64,000 nt of DNA from a virus. Below the pieces are notes generated by a model, which made no database searches, was not told where the DNA came from, and worked only from the letters and a program-made list of their open reading frames with translations. This document shows, piece by piece, positions 45,955 through 54,164 of the stretch. The position numbers were made by a program, and so were the translations under genes. The stretch lies in IMG/VR virus record IMGVR_UViG_3300025828_000016, positions 21,500-85,499 of that record. One strand, given 5' to 3'. The stretch's first letter is position 1; each line of letters starts with the position of its first letter.

Positions 45955-46164
45955 CTAGTATTCGGTGACTTTGATAATGTTTACAATCTTAGCGGTCTGC
46001 CCACGATAACGACTCTCAAAGACGCTCCGTGCTGTCTCAAACGAGTTGTGCTCGTCTGAAAGCCATAACTCCTCGGTAGCAGTCTGCTCCACAAGTCGCT
46101 CGGGTCGATAAGGACCGTTGACATTTACGAGACAGGTGTAAGTGATTTTGTATAGTGCGCTCAT
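45955..46164 (-). CDS. Early hypothetical protein
   Basis: Coupled to upstream gene. Confidence 0.6.
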   Translation of the reverse strand: MSALYKITYTCLVNVNGPYRPERLVEQTATEELWLSDEHNSFETARSVFESRYRGQTAKIVNIIKVTEY

Positions 46165-46331
46165 TAACCGATGACCTCCTCGACAGAGTGAATAACGATA
46201 AACCCAGGACCATTCACGTTCGCCTTAGCACGAGCCTGACGAGCACTAGCAGCCCAAAAGGTTTCAGAGAAAAGTTTACCTTTCTTAGCGGTAAACTCGA
46301 AAGTAACTTTGAATGGAACGTAGCGGGTCAA
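46164..46331 (-). CDS. Early hypothetical protein
   Basis: TTG start after GGAGG in the repeated leader. Confidence 0.55.
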   Translation of the reverse strand: MTRYVPFKVTFEFTAKKGKLFSETFWAASARQARAKANVNGPGFIVIHSVEEVIG

Positions 46332-46335
46332 AGTG

Positions 46336-46446
46336 TTAGCGCCTCCGGCGTTTTGAGAAAAGATAATCAACCAACTTACAAGGGAAGTATAGCACAAATT
46401 CGAGTATCGTCAACCCTTTTTTTATCTTTTTTTACTTTTTTATCCT
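46336..46446 (-). repeat. Promoter-leader cassette copy 1 (A-tracts, TTGACG-16-TATACT with TG, leader, GGAGG)
   Basis: Near-identical to 47215-47338. Confidence 0.85.
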
Positions 46447-46546
46447 CCGTCATGTTTCTCAATAATCATAGCAACCAGAATAGAACCAACGCCCCATGCC
46501 ATTACAAAGGCGATTGCTTCCCAGTTTGCGTAAGGTGCAAAGTCCA

Positions 46547-47044
46547 TTACTCAACTCCCATAGCAATCAACTCGTCGCCGGTCCAATTACCAACCGAAAC
46601 GGTGTCAACGTGAGTGTGATGAATCTCAAAAGACTTACGAACCTCGCCCACTTTTCCACGTCCTCGACCAGCACGCATAAATGTATCGGCGTCAAGCATA
46701 ACGAACGTCATAGTCTTTGTGTAAGTTTTACGAGGACGCCCACGACGCTCGGCAGCAACTTGACCATCAGTCTTTTTAGATTTCTTACCTCGCCAAGATT
46801 GCTTTTTAGGTGTGAAGTCCTCGGCGGTAGGAACGGAAACACCATTCTTGGCGATAAAGTCTTCGATGGCTTCCAACTCTTGAGCACGGGCGTCCAACTC
46901 TTCATCGCCTGGAGCAACTGCCATCTCTGGACCCTCTGGCGTTTCTTTTTTGAGCGAAGAGACATCGAAAGTATCCATAGGTAGGCAATCGGTTACAGTG
47001 TTGGTGCCAAGGTCGAAGTCAATGGTTAGGTTGAAGTCTTGCAT
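46547..47044 (-). CDS. Early protein with AT-hook-like RRGRPRK and RGRG motifs
   Basis: Acidic N-half, basic C-half. Confidence 0.65.
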   Translation of the reverse strand: MQDFNLTIDFDLGTNTVTDCLPMDTFDVSSLKKETPEGPEMAVAPGDEELDARAQELEAIEDFIAKNGVSVPTAEDFTPKKQSWRGKKSKKTDGQVAAERRGRPRKTYTKTMTFVMLDADTFMRAGRGRGKVGEVRKSFEIHHTHVDTVSVGNWTGDELIAMGVE

Positions 47045-47080
47045 GTTTTCGTTTCTCCGTTTTCGCTATGTGGTGAGGGC

Positions 47081-47109
47081 ATTATACCATAGGCACAATG
47101 CCCGGTCAA
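47081..47109 (-). promoter_or_regulatory. Sigma70 promoter with UP-like A-tracts
   Basis: TTGACC-17-TATAAT with extended TG. Confidence 0.8.
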
Positions 47110-47138
47110 TAACTTTTTTTACTTTTTTTGAACTTTTT

Positions 47139-47210
47139 TTAGCAAGCGTTAGACTTGGCAGCAAAGACGAAGGGAGTGGCGAAGAGAACGAAAGTGATAA
47201 GTGCAGTCAT
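47139..47210 (-). CDS. 23 aa hydrophobic peptide MTALITFVLFATPFVFAAKSNAC
   Basis: Follows GGAGG of cassette copy 2. Confidence 0.5.
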   Translation of the reverse strand: MTALITFVLFATPFVFAAKSNAC

Positions 47211-47214
47211 TATT

Positions 47215-47338
47215 TTAGCGCCTCCGGCGTTTGTGAGAAAAGATAATCAACCAACTTACAACCCAAGTATAGCACAGATTAGATAATCGTCAACCCTTTT
47301 TTTCACTTTTTTTTACTTTTTTTTCACTTTTTTATCCT
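47215..47338 (-). repeat. Promoter-leader cassette copy 2
   Basis: Near-identical to 46336-46446. Confidence 0.85.
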
Positions 47339-47346
47339 TAATGATA

Positions 47347-47601
47347 TTAGAAGGTTAAATATCCTGTGCCTGAATCCGTAAACATTCCGCTATCTTGCGG
47401 AGGATGCGCCATTGTTAGAGTAGGAATGTCATCGTCACGCTCCCAACTAGCAACCATCTGTCCGCTGTCGTACATATCAAGCAAGTATCGCTCGGTGTAG
47501 TCTAGCAAGGCAATCTCGTTAGCGTCCTGCGTTCGCTCTCGTGCTTCGTCAACTGAACCTGAAATGTAAGAGCGAACCATGTAATCAGTGTAGTCATTCA
47601 T
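47347..47601 (-). CDS. Acidic early protein
   Basis: Start refined to MNDYTD after GAGGAG. Confidence 0.6.
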   Translation of the reverse strand: MNDYTDYMVRSYISGSVDEARERTQDANEIALLDYTERYLLDMYDSGQMVASWERDDDIPTLTMAHPPQDSGMFTDSGTGYLTF

Positions 47602-47629
47602 AATTTTTATCTCCTCGTGAAACTTATTG

Positions 47630-48259
47630 TTATTGCTTGGCTTTCTTGATATGACGTTCTTGGATTTTGATTGTTCTCGTCCAACCTGCCGGAAGTATTT
47701 GGTATTCTCGTGCGCCCTTAGCAGATGCTCCAACGGTGTCGAGGACCGCCATAACGAATAACGGAACGGACTGTAATTCTTTTATCTCTTTGTAGAGATT
47801 GGCACCTGAAATGTCCGCTAGACCAACATTAGCACGTAAGGCGACGATAGAACCAGCACTAAAAGCGGGTTGTTTGTTTAGTTCATTTACAATTTTCTGG
47901 ATGTATTTGTTTTCTGTAATCTTTTTGAATGTCCGCTGTGGCGGGATGTATTCTCTCTCCTCTCTCTTCGCTTCCTTGTGCTTATCTACCTCGTTTGAGA
48001 AGTAGGGTCGGTTTTGCTCGTAGTAGTCCATAGCAATATTCCAAAGACGGCGCTTGTCCTCGTCCCATTGCTTTGCCCACTGGTCATATCCGACAACTAA
48101 CTTGGCGGCGTTACCTTCGATTTTGTGAATAAGACTTATTTGTTTTGCTGAAAGTTTGCGACCTCGCTTCAGTTGGTTGTGGATAGATAGGCAAAAGTCC
48201 TGCTCCCAGTTCGTCAACTGGTTGGACTTGAGTAGGTTGTCAATACGCTCTATTTTCAT
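47630..48259 (-). CDS. Early hypothetical protein with C-terminal SH3-like segment
   Basis: WEQDF..S...GRKLSAKQ motif; FSAGSIV. Confidence 0.65.
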   Translation of the reverse strand: MKIERIDNLLKSNQLTNWEQDFCLSIHNQLKRGRKLSAKQISLIHKIEGNAAKLVVGYDQWAKQWDEDKRRLWNIAMDYYEQNRPYFSNEVDKHKEAKREEREYIPPQRTFKKITENKYIQKIVNELNKQPAFSAGSIVALRANVGLADISGANLYKEIKELQSVPLFVMAVLDTVGASAKGAREYQILPAGWTRTIKIQERHIKKAKQ

Positions 48260-48296
48260 TTCTCTCTTCTCTCCTCTCTCTTCGACCTACCCAAGC

Positions 48297-48325
48297 ATAT
48301 TATTTTATTTTTTTTAGGAGGTCAA
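48297..48325 (-). promoter_or_regulatory. Sigma70 promoter
   Basis: TTGACC-17-TAATAT. Confidence 0.75.
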
Positions 48326-48353
48326 GCAATTTCTTACCTGACCTCCATTATTT

Positions 48354-49433
48354 CTAACCTTGTCCGAGAAGGGTTAGAAGTTTGCTCTGGACCTTGGAGT
48401 GAAAGCGAACGATATTGTTTTTTAGTGTCTCGGCATTCTCACCAGAGGCACCTTTGCCTACTGCGCTCCACAACTTCATAGCAATCTCTGCTGGTAGAAC
48501 GTCAAAGTAAAGCGCAAGGTTCTCAACCTGGGTGTTAGTCAACTCGGTCGAGAGAATACCAGAGTGCTCCACTTTCTCTACCAGGGCAGCGTGCTCGTTA
48601 ATGTCGAAGGCGTTGGTTTTCTCAACCTGTCCCTCGTTTACAACCTGCTCCCAAGTCACTTGACGGTCGTATGCCTTGTAGAAGTCAAGGAACGCAACCG
48701 CTGCCTCCAACCCACAGAACGCTTGTGAAAGGTTGAATAAAATAGTTTCGTCAGCACTCGCCTCGAATAGTTTGCCTTGTTCCAGGCAATCGTTTAGACG
48801 CTTCCAAGAGCGACGAGAAGGATAAACCTTGTTTGGCTCGTAGTCGTCAGTATGCTCCAAGTGTTGACGGTTCTGGTTGATAAAGTCCCATAGAACAGAG
48901 TTTACATTATCAGAACCCCAATCCAACCAGTCCTCTACGGTTGGTTCGATATCAAACACGGTGTAGCGGTCCAGTTCTGCCGGGTCCATCTCGTTTACTT
49001 GGTACTGTGAACCATGCTCGCCACCGTTGACGGCAGAGATAACGATAGTATCAGGGTGGAGCGACCAACCAGCAATCTTGCGACTATCAGTCAACTCGAA
49101 GATACCTTGTCGCACCTCGGTTGTAGCACGGTCTACCTCGTCCAAGAACAGACAAACTGGTTCTGTGCAAGCACGCAGGAACCACTCGAATGGGTTGAAC
49201 TTGGAACCCTGTTGACCGTTGACCTCGACTGCCTCTGGTGAAGGCATACCAAGCAAGTCACCCTCGGTCATCTGTGAAGCACGACGCTCGACAACTGGCA
49301 GACCAAGGTCTGCTGCCAACTGGTAAACTACCTCGGACTTGCCGACACCGTGGCGACCTCGAATGAGGATAGGCTTACGGACATCAATGACGAAAGGGGC
49401 GACAGTGCGAAATGTTTTGAAGTCAACGCTCAT
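48354..49433 (-). CDS. MoxR-family AAA+ ATPase
   Basis: GRHGVGKS Walker A, LFLDE Walker B, SAVN, DPAELDR, PSRRSW. Confidence 0.9.
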   Translation of the reverse strand: MSVDFKTFRTVAPFVIDVRKPILIRGRHGVGKSEVVYQLAADLGLPVVERRASQMTEGDLLGMPSPEAVEVNGQQGSKFNPFEWFLRACTEPVCLFLDEVDRATTEVRQGIFELTDSRKIAGWSLHPDTIVISAVNGGEHGSQYQVNEMDPAELDRYTVFDIEPTVEDWLDWGSDNVNSVLWDFINQNRQHLEHTDDYEPNKVYPSRRSWKRLNDCLEQGKLFEASADETILFNLSQAFCGLEAAVAFLDFYKAYDRQVTWEQVVNEGQVEKTNAFDINEHAALVEKVEHSGILSTELTNTQVENLALYFDVLPAEIAMKLWSAVGKGASGENAETLKNNIVRFHSKVQSKLLTLLGQG

Positions 49434-49467
49434 TTAGTTCTCCTAGTTTTCCAACCGTTATGAGAAT

Positions 49468-49496
49468 ATATTATTTTTATTTTTTTTATTTGTCAA
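49468..49496 (-). promoter_or_regulatory. Sigma70 promoter (repeated A-rich type)
   Basis: TTGACA-aataaaaaaaataaaaa-TAATAT. Confidence 0.8.
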
Positions 49497-49499
49497 GAA

Positions 49500-49670
49500 C
49501 TATTTGGTACACGCCTGAACAAAACGCTGGACGTTGAAGCGAGGATTAGTCGCCTGGAGACGATGGGCGAAGGTTAGAGCAATTTGCTCCACGGTGTCCT
49601 TTTGCGCTTTCTCGCCTGTGTGATAGTTATTCAGAACGTCAGCAATAAGTTCAAAGTCTTTACGTGTCAT
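49500..49670 (-). CDS. Small phage protein (MTRKDFELIA...NPRFN type)
   Basis: Recognisable motif; GAGGAG RBS. Confidence 0.65.
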   Translation of the reverse strand: MTRKDFELIADVLNNYHTGEKAQKDTVEQIALTFAHRLQATNPRFNVQRFVQACTK

Positions 49671-49702
49671 TTTGCTTTCTCTCCTCAACTCGTTATGTAG
49701 GT

Positions 49703-49731
49703 ATATTATTTTTATTTTTTTTATTTGTCAA
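49703..49731 (-). promoter_or_regulatory. Sigma70 promoter (repeated A-rich type)
   Basis: TTGACA-17-TAATAT. Confidence 0.8.
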
Positions 49732-49739
49732 TAACTTTT

Positions 49740-50933
49740 TTACTTATCGACCACAATAATGCGCTCGTTGGTCTGGAAGTGCTGGTACCGTAAACAATCC
49801 TGGGTAGTTACCCACATTCGCTGACACTTGGAAGCAACCGGTTTCGGTGCTGCCATGTCTGTGAGGATGATGTGTCCGTCAAAACCTTTATCGTTTACCC
49901 ACTTTGTTGGAGCGTTGAAGTCCGTGCCTCCGCACATAACACGCTCGAACTTGTGACTTGCGCCTTGCTTCCACTCGTAAACTAGTCCGTCCTCAACTCG
50001 TGTGTCGAATGGGACAACGGTTACACTTACATACTTTGTAAGTTTCTCCAACTCGGAGAAGAATAGCGCCATCATTCCGTCGTGGACCGAACCAGACATA
50101 TCAATAGAAACCGCCAACTTAGCACGACGCTGGACTTTCTTACCAGGGTGAATGTAACGGTAACGCTTGTTTACTCGCTTCACGGTGCTGGAACGGTTAG
50201 ACCGACGAGAGGTCTTGACGAAGTATTGGAGTGCTTTTCTCCAATCAACACGAGAAGTTAGACGGTCCATAATGTCTTTACGAACGTCTGCCGGAACAGA
50301 ACCCCAACCTTGTGAACCTTGCTTAAGCGCCTCCTCTGCTGATTTCTTTACAAAGTCTTTGATACGTTCCTTAGCAATATCAGCGGCTTGTGAACCTGCC
50401 TCGCCTCCGTCTGCCCACTCGTCGTGTGAGTCAAACTGTCCCTCGTCTGGTAGACCGTCGCCAGAGCCACCTTCACCGTCGCCTTGCTCTTGTTGCTCTT
50501 GTTGTTTCTTCATTAGAAGAGACAAGTAACGCTCCGCTGATAGTCCACGAGGGAAGTCCTCGAATGGACCAACCCCAGGCATTAGGCAACCCTCTGGTAA
50601 GTGGGTTAGATGCGAGTTGATAGCAAGGTCGGTTGCGAAGTTCCAGATGCGAGGGTTGATGTCCTCTGGTTTACGAGAGGTTACGTGCTCGAAGATAAGG
50701 TGGTAGAACTCGTGCTTTAGAACATCACGACGCTGGTCTGCCGTAAGTTTTTGAAAAAACTCAGGGTTGTAAAGCATCTCAAACTGTGCTGTGTCTGGGT
50801 TGACACGAACGCCAGCGGTAGGAATGTGGTCCGACGCACGCTTGTTGATGCGACGAGACAGAGCAGCAAAGAACGGCTCCGACTGTAGAAGTGAAAGAAT
50901 GTGGTGATCAAGATTGAATGTTTCGTTCATCAT
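49740..50933 (-). CDS. Metallopeptidase-VWA protein (DUF2201-type), MoxR partner
   Basis: HEFYH, WNFATDLAIN, DMSGS MIDAS, GGTDF, LTD. Confidence 0.88.
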   Translation of the reverse strand: MMNETFNLDHHILSLLQSEPFFAALSRRINKRASDHIPTAGVRVNPDTAQFEMLYNPEFFQKLTADQRRDVLKHEFYHLIFEHVTSRKPEDINPRIWNFATDLAINSHLTHLPEGCLMPGVGPFEDFPRGLSAERYLSLLMKKQQEQQEQGDGEGGSGDGLPDEGQFDSHDEWADGGEAGSQAADIAKERIKDFVKKSAEEALKQGSQGWGSVPADVRKDIMDRLTSRVDWRKALQYFVKTSRRSNRSSTVKRVNKRYRYIHPGKKVQRRAKLAVSIDMSGSVHDGMMALFFSELEKLTKYVSVTVVPFDTRVEDGLVYEWKQGASHKFERVMCGGTDFNAPTKWVNDKGFDGHIILTDMAAPKPVASKCQRMWVTTQDCLRYQHFQTNERIIVVDK

Positions 50934-50939
50934 GCACCT

Positions 50940-50968
50940 ATATTATTTTTATTTTTTTTATTTGTCAA
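50940..50968 (-). promoter_or_regulatory. Sigma70 promoter, leaderless
   Basis: TTGACA-17-TAATAT, 6 nt to ATG. Confidence 0.8.
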
Positions 50969-51182
50969 TAGAAAAAGCCAACTTTATGTCGCTTCTAAAA
51001 TAAACTGTGTTTCGGTCACTATTCCAACCAGAGCGACCATATACTTTACCCTCGTAAAGTAATGCCTGTGGGATTTGTGTGTAGTCGCCACAATAGTCTA
51101 TCGTCAAGACCTTGACGCCTGTTGGTAGCGTCTCTACTGTGTTGACGACAACTGAATTTTCCACCTTTAGTGCTCGCTTCAT
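50958..51182 (-). CDS. Early hypothetical protein
   Basis: Start refined to MKRALKV; YGRSGWNSD. Confidence 0.6.
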   Translation of the reverse strand: MKRALKVENSVVVNTVETLPTGVKVLTIDYCGDYTQIPQALLYEGKVYGRSGWNSDRNTVYFRSDIKLAFSIDK

Positions 51183-51235
51183 AACCCTACTCTCTTTTTT
51201 ATTATTATAAATGTCAAGACATCTATTGATAATTA

Positions 51236-51583
51236 TCAAGAAATAAGATAAAGATACCACTCATCGTTATTTAGAATAAAAGATTCTTCAAGCATTTCAT
51301 TTACTTCTGCCCAAGCATCGTTTAGCGCAGGACTTGGGTCAGGATGAAGCATAAACTTGGGTTCATCATCCTCGTCATCATAAATAGGGACAATAGCGCC
51401 CGTATCTATTCCTGATAATAGAGAGTGAAGCGTGCTCAATTCAATTTGCATCTCACTTCGCAAGTCTCGAATAGGCACAACTCCCCGTTCCATAGCGTGT
51501 TCAAGGTCTGAAATCTTGCCCTCCATATCCAGAAGGTTTCTAACTACAAAATGTCTTGCTCTATCGGTTGTCTCGTAATCCAT
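51236..51583 (-). CDS. Acidic early protein
   Basis: Start refined to MDYETT after GAGGAG. Confidence 0.6.
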   Translation of the reverse strand: MDYETTDRARHFVVRNLLDMEGKISDLEHAMERGVVPIRDLRSEMQIELSTLHSLLSGIDTGAIVPIYDDEDDEPKFMLHPDPSPALNDAWAEVNEMLEESFILNNDEWYLYLIS

Positions 51584-51597
51584 TCTCTCTCCTCTGT

Positions 51598-52266
51598 TCA
51601 TTCGACCCTACCTGTCTCTTGAATCCGCTCGTGGACATATTTACGTGGTTCGCCCTTTGGAAAGTAGTATCCTTCGATAAACATAGTCCCGTCAAGAAAA
51701 CCCTCTGGTGCTTTCTGCTCTGCGTGACGAGGGACAAGAGGCGTTTTGACGTTTCCAGCATCAGGGTGTATAGCAACCGTAAAAGAAATTGTTCTTGGTT
51801 TCCTCCAATCACCGTCGTCACCATTAACATTAGCAACATTTAGACCGATAAGCGTAACCATATCTGAATCAGTCCAGCGTTCCCAATCAACACTCTCAAC
51901 CATATACATAAGTTTATCGTTATCCCAACGATTGTTCCACTCGAATAGAGCACCAACGCCCCAACCCAGTTCGTTCATCCTTTTCAGACCCTCGGCTCTC
52001 TCTTTTGCGAGAGTATCAACAAGACGAACACGGTCCTGAACTTTTACCTCACACTTGCGAGCGGTATGACCTCGGTTCAGGCAGTAGGAACACTTACGAC
52101 CACCTTTTGCTTTTATCTCGTCTCGTCGCTGTGCTTTACGCTGCTCTTTGATTGCCTCCCAGGAGTTTGGATTCTCTTTGACGTATTCCTTGCGTCTCTC
52201 ACAACCTGTTCGGTTGTGCCCTTTATTCCCACAAAACGAACAGTAAACGCTTCTGGTGTATGACAT
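51598..52266 (-). CDS. Protein with two CCHC zinc knuckles
   Basis: CSFCGNKGHNRTGC and CSYCLNRGHTARKC. Confidence 0.8.
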   Translation of the reverse strand: MSYTRSVYCSFCGNKGHNRTGCERRKEYVKENPNSWEAIKEQRKAQRRDEIKAKGGRKCSYCLNRGHTARKCEVKVQDRVRLVDTLAKERAEGLKRMNELGWGVGALFEWNNRWDNDKLMYMVESVDWERWTDSDMVTLIGLNVANVNGDDGDWRKPRTISFTVAIHPDAGNVKTPLVPRHAEQKAPEGFLDGTMFIEGYYFPKGEPRKYVHERIQETGRVE

Positions 52267-52289
52267 TTGTTCCTCCCGGTTCTCAATCG

Positions 52290-52520
52290 TTATGTAGGTA
52301 TATTATTTTTATTTTTTTCTTTTGTCAAGTAGTTTTCTAAAAAGATAGCATCTTCTATCTGTCTCCCCGCTGTAACATAGCGATTATCAACAAAGATTTT
52401 CCAATCGAATTGGAGATAGTCGGTCCTGGGTATTTTCTCCGTTAGTAGACCATAAAGAGAAGTCAAACCCCAGTGTTCCCTAAATCCTTGCGGTAGTAGA
52501 ATAAGGTCGCCTACTTTCAC
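52290..52520 (-). CDS. MKVGDL-family small SH3/KOW-like protein
   Basis: Family N-terminus. Confidence 0.65.
   Translation of the reverse strand: MKVGDLILLPQGFREHWGLTSLYGLLTEKIPRTDYLQFDWKIFVDNRYVTAGRQIEDAIFLENYLTKEKNKNNIPT
52300..52328 (-). promoter_or_regulatory. Sigma70 promoter (repeated A-rich type)
   Basis: TTGACA-17-TAATAT. Confidence 0.8.
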
Positions 52521-52672
52521 TTACAGACCTCCAAGTATCGTGGACCAATTCTTATCTTTTGATTTTTCTCCGCAAAGTGAACAAGACAATCGCCACACCA
52601 AAGTTGCTTTACAAACACCCCAATCATATCGAGGGAACCTTGACGATATCTAACCAAGTCACCTACTTTCAT
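52517..52672 (-). CDS. MKVGDL-family protein, 51 aa (not in ORF track)
   Basis: MKVGDLVRYRQGSLDMIGVFVKQLW...RYLEVCK; overlaps both neighbours. Confidence 0.7.
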   Translation of the reverse strand: MKVGDLVRYRQGSLDMIGVFVKQLWCGDCLVHFAEKNQKIRIGPRYLEVCK

Positions 52673-52869
52673 TTTACCAACTCCAAGTCATAGTGATAAA
52701 TGTTATTGCCTATCTCACCGTTGGTCCAGAGGACTTTGTATTCCTTCCATATTGAGCCTGGAATAGAAGCCTCCTCGATAATAAAACCGTGTCGGTCTGG
52801 AACACGACGAGAACGACCAGAGTATCCATCTTTTACGAAATCGCCAACTTGTAGTGCTCTCTTCATCAT
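52669..52869 (-). CDS. MKVGDL-family protein
   Basis: LQVGDFV..GFII..VLW. Confidence 0.65.
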   Translation of the reverse strand: MMKRALQVGDFVKDGYSGRSRRVPDRHGFIIEEASIPGSIWKEYKVLWTNGEIGNNIYHYDLELVK

Positions 52870-53063
52870 GTAGGTATATTATTTTTATTTTTTTTATTTG
52901 TCAAGCATTTTAATCGTGAACCCTGGATATAGTATTCCTTCATATCTTGGTGAGGGAATGCTACTATGTGCCAATCGCTCAAATCTTGATGTCCCACAAC
53001 TACACCAATAGCAACGTCTCTATCTGCCATGTGTTGTACTTCAACTAGGGAGCCTACCTTCAC
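52866..53063 (-). CDS. MKVGDL-family protein
   Basis: MKVGSLV..GVVV. Confidence 0.65.
   Translation of the reverse strand: MKVGSLVEVQHMADRDVAIGVVVGHQDLSDWHIVAFPHQDMKEYYIQGSRLKCLTNKKNKNNIPT
52876..52904 (-). promoter_or_regulatory. Sigma70 promoter, leaderless
   Basis: TTGACA-17-TAATAT, 6 nt to ATG. Confidence 0.8.
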
Positions 53064-53250
53064 TTATTACCTCATAGCCATCAGGGAGTGAGTTTTTTCT
53101 TTCAGTAGTTCGCAGTTCACTATCGAACCAGTAAACCGAAACCGCTTGCTCATTATATTGGATATTATAACCAAGGTCTTTCAAGACGATGCCGAGTGCT
53201 TTCTCTTTGCTTCCGACAACGGTGTATTCTATGAGGTCGCCTACTTTCAT
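53041..53250 (-). CDS. MKVGDL-family protein
   Basis: MKVGDLI..GIVL..VYW. Confidence 0.7.
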   Translation of the reverse strand: MKVGDLIEYTVVGSKEKALGIVLKDLGYNIQYNEQAVSVYWFDSELRTTERKNSLPDGYEVISEGRLPS

Positions 53251-53466
53251 TTAGTCAATATCCTTTAGATAGTGGCGCATTCCATCGTCAAACACACCAG
53301 GGTGGTCATTTCCTATTACATGAGCACGGAAGTTCTTTATGACTATTCCGTCCGCTCGTTTGATGTGGTCCTCTCCTAGATACATAACGAGTTTGCCGTT
53401 TAGGTGTTCGTTGGTCCGATTGATATACTGAAACTTGTAAAGATTGCCAGGGACTAACCTATTCAT
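53251..53466 (-). CDS. SH3-like early protein (divergent family member)
   Basis: Start refined to MNRLVPGNLY. Confidence 0.55.
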   Translation of the reverse strand: MNRLVPGNLYKFQYINRTNEHLNGKLVMYLGEDHIKRADGIVIKNFRAHVIGNDHPGVFDDGMRHYLKDID

Positions 53467-53624
53467 TTGACTACCTCCAAGTGTCTGCGTAGACGGCATA
53501 TCTTCTCGTTTGTTTCTGGAATGTGAACTTGTATGTCCAAAGGGTTGACCATAGTAATAATACCAAGTTTATCCTTGTGAGGGTCGTTCCATCCAATGAA
53601 CTTTACTATGTCTCCTTTCTTCAT
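53463..53624 (-). CDS. MKVGDL-family protein, 53 aa (not in ORF track)
   Basis: MKKGDIVKFIGWNDPHKDKLGIIT...HLEVVK. Confidence 0.7.
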   Translation of the reverse strand: MKKGDIVKFIGWNDPHKDKLGIITMVNPLDIQVHIPETNEKICRLRRHLEVVK

Positions 53625-53630
53625 GTGGAT

Positions 53631-53659
53631 ATATTATTTTTATTTTTTTAGAATGTCAA
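53631..53659 (-). promoter_or_regulatory. Sigma70 promoter, leaderless
   Basis: TTGACA-17-TAATAT, 6 nt to ATG. Confidence 0.8.
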
Positions 53660-53666
53660 GAAGTTT

Positions 53667-53822
53667 TTAGTAAGAATCGGTGAGGGTGAAACGGGTCCAC
53701 CAAAGAGGGAAGGCAACGGCATTTGCAACGGTGTAGAGTTTGTTGATGCCTGTTACTCGGTTGGATGCGCCAATGACGCCAGCGGTTACACAAGAACCTA
53801 AAATATATGCTGCTGTAAACAT
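53667..53822 (-). CDS. 51 aa hydrophobic protein (not in ORF track)
   Basis: AAGGAG RBS; MFTAAYILGSCVTAGVIG...FPLWW. Confidence 0.55.
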   Translation of the reverse strand: MFTAAYILGSCVTAGVIGASNRVTGINKLYTVANAVAFPLWWTRFTLTDSY

Positions 53823-53894
53823 AAAACTTTTCTCCTTTCTTTTTTTGTGTCGTCTAAATAGTTTCTAAAAAACCAAAAGTCAATGTTGAAGCGT

Positions 53895-53923
53895 ATTATA
53901 TTTTACTTTTTATTATTTGTCAA
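53895..53923 (-). promoter_or_regulatory. Consensus sigma70 promoter
   Basis: TTGACA-17-TATAAT. Confidence 0.85.
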
Positions 53924-53958
53924 CAAAAAAATGATAGGGTTCCCAACTTCCCTACCCA

Positions 53959-54029
53959 GACACAGCCTAAACGAGAAATCCATCTCACGCTTACGCAACC
54001 ACGAGATATACATCTCTCTGGTCTGTGTC
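53959..54029 (-). ncRNA. Candidate multibranch structured RNA just 3' of tRNA-Arg
   Basis: Closing stem GACACAG/CTGTGTC with internal hairpins. Confidence 0.4.
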
Positions 54030-54036
54030 CCCCACA

Positions 54037-54114
54037 TGGCACCCCCGGCAGGACTCGAACCTGCAAATCGTCAGAGTAGAAATCTGATGCCTTATCCATT
54101 TTGGCTACGGAGGC
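54037..54114 (-). tRNA. tRNA-Arg(UCU)
   Basis: Cloverleaf; TCAGA-ttTCTac-TCTGA; GGTTCGAGTCC; encoded CCA. Confidence 0.92.
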
Positions 54115-54135
54115 TTATTTATTACTTATTTTCTT

Positions 54136-54164
54136 ATTCTATTTTAGTTTTTATTATTTGTCAA
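54136..54164 (-). promoter_or_regulatory. Sigma70 promoter for tRNA-Arg
   Basis: TTGACA-17-TAGAAT. Confidence 0.75.

Noticed and set aside
52290-53624. Diversity-generating retroelement behind the MKVGDLV family
   Set aside because: No reverse transcriptase or TR/VR pair with adenine-specific mismatches in this window
54037-54114. Amber suppressor tRNA or stop-codon recoding
   Set aside because: The 7-nt loop TTTCTAC centres on TCT, not CTA; long genes are intact under the standard code
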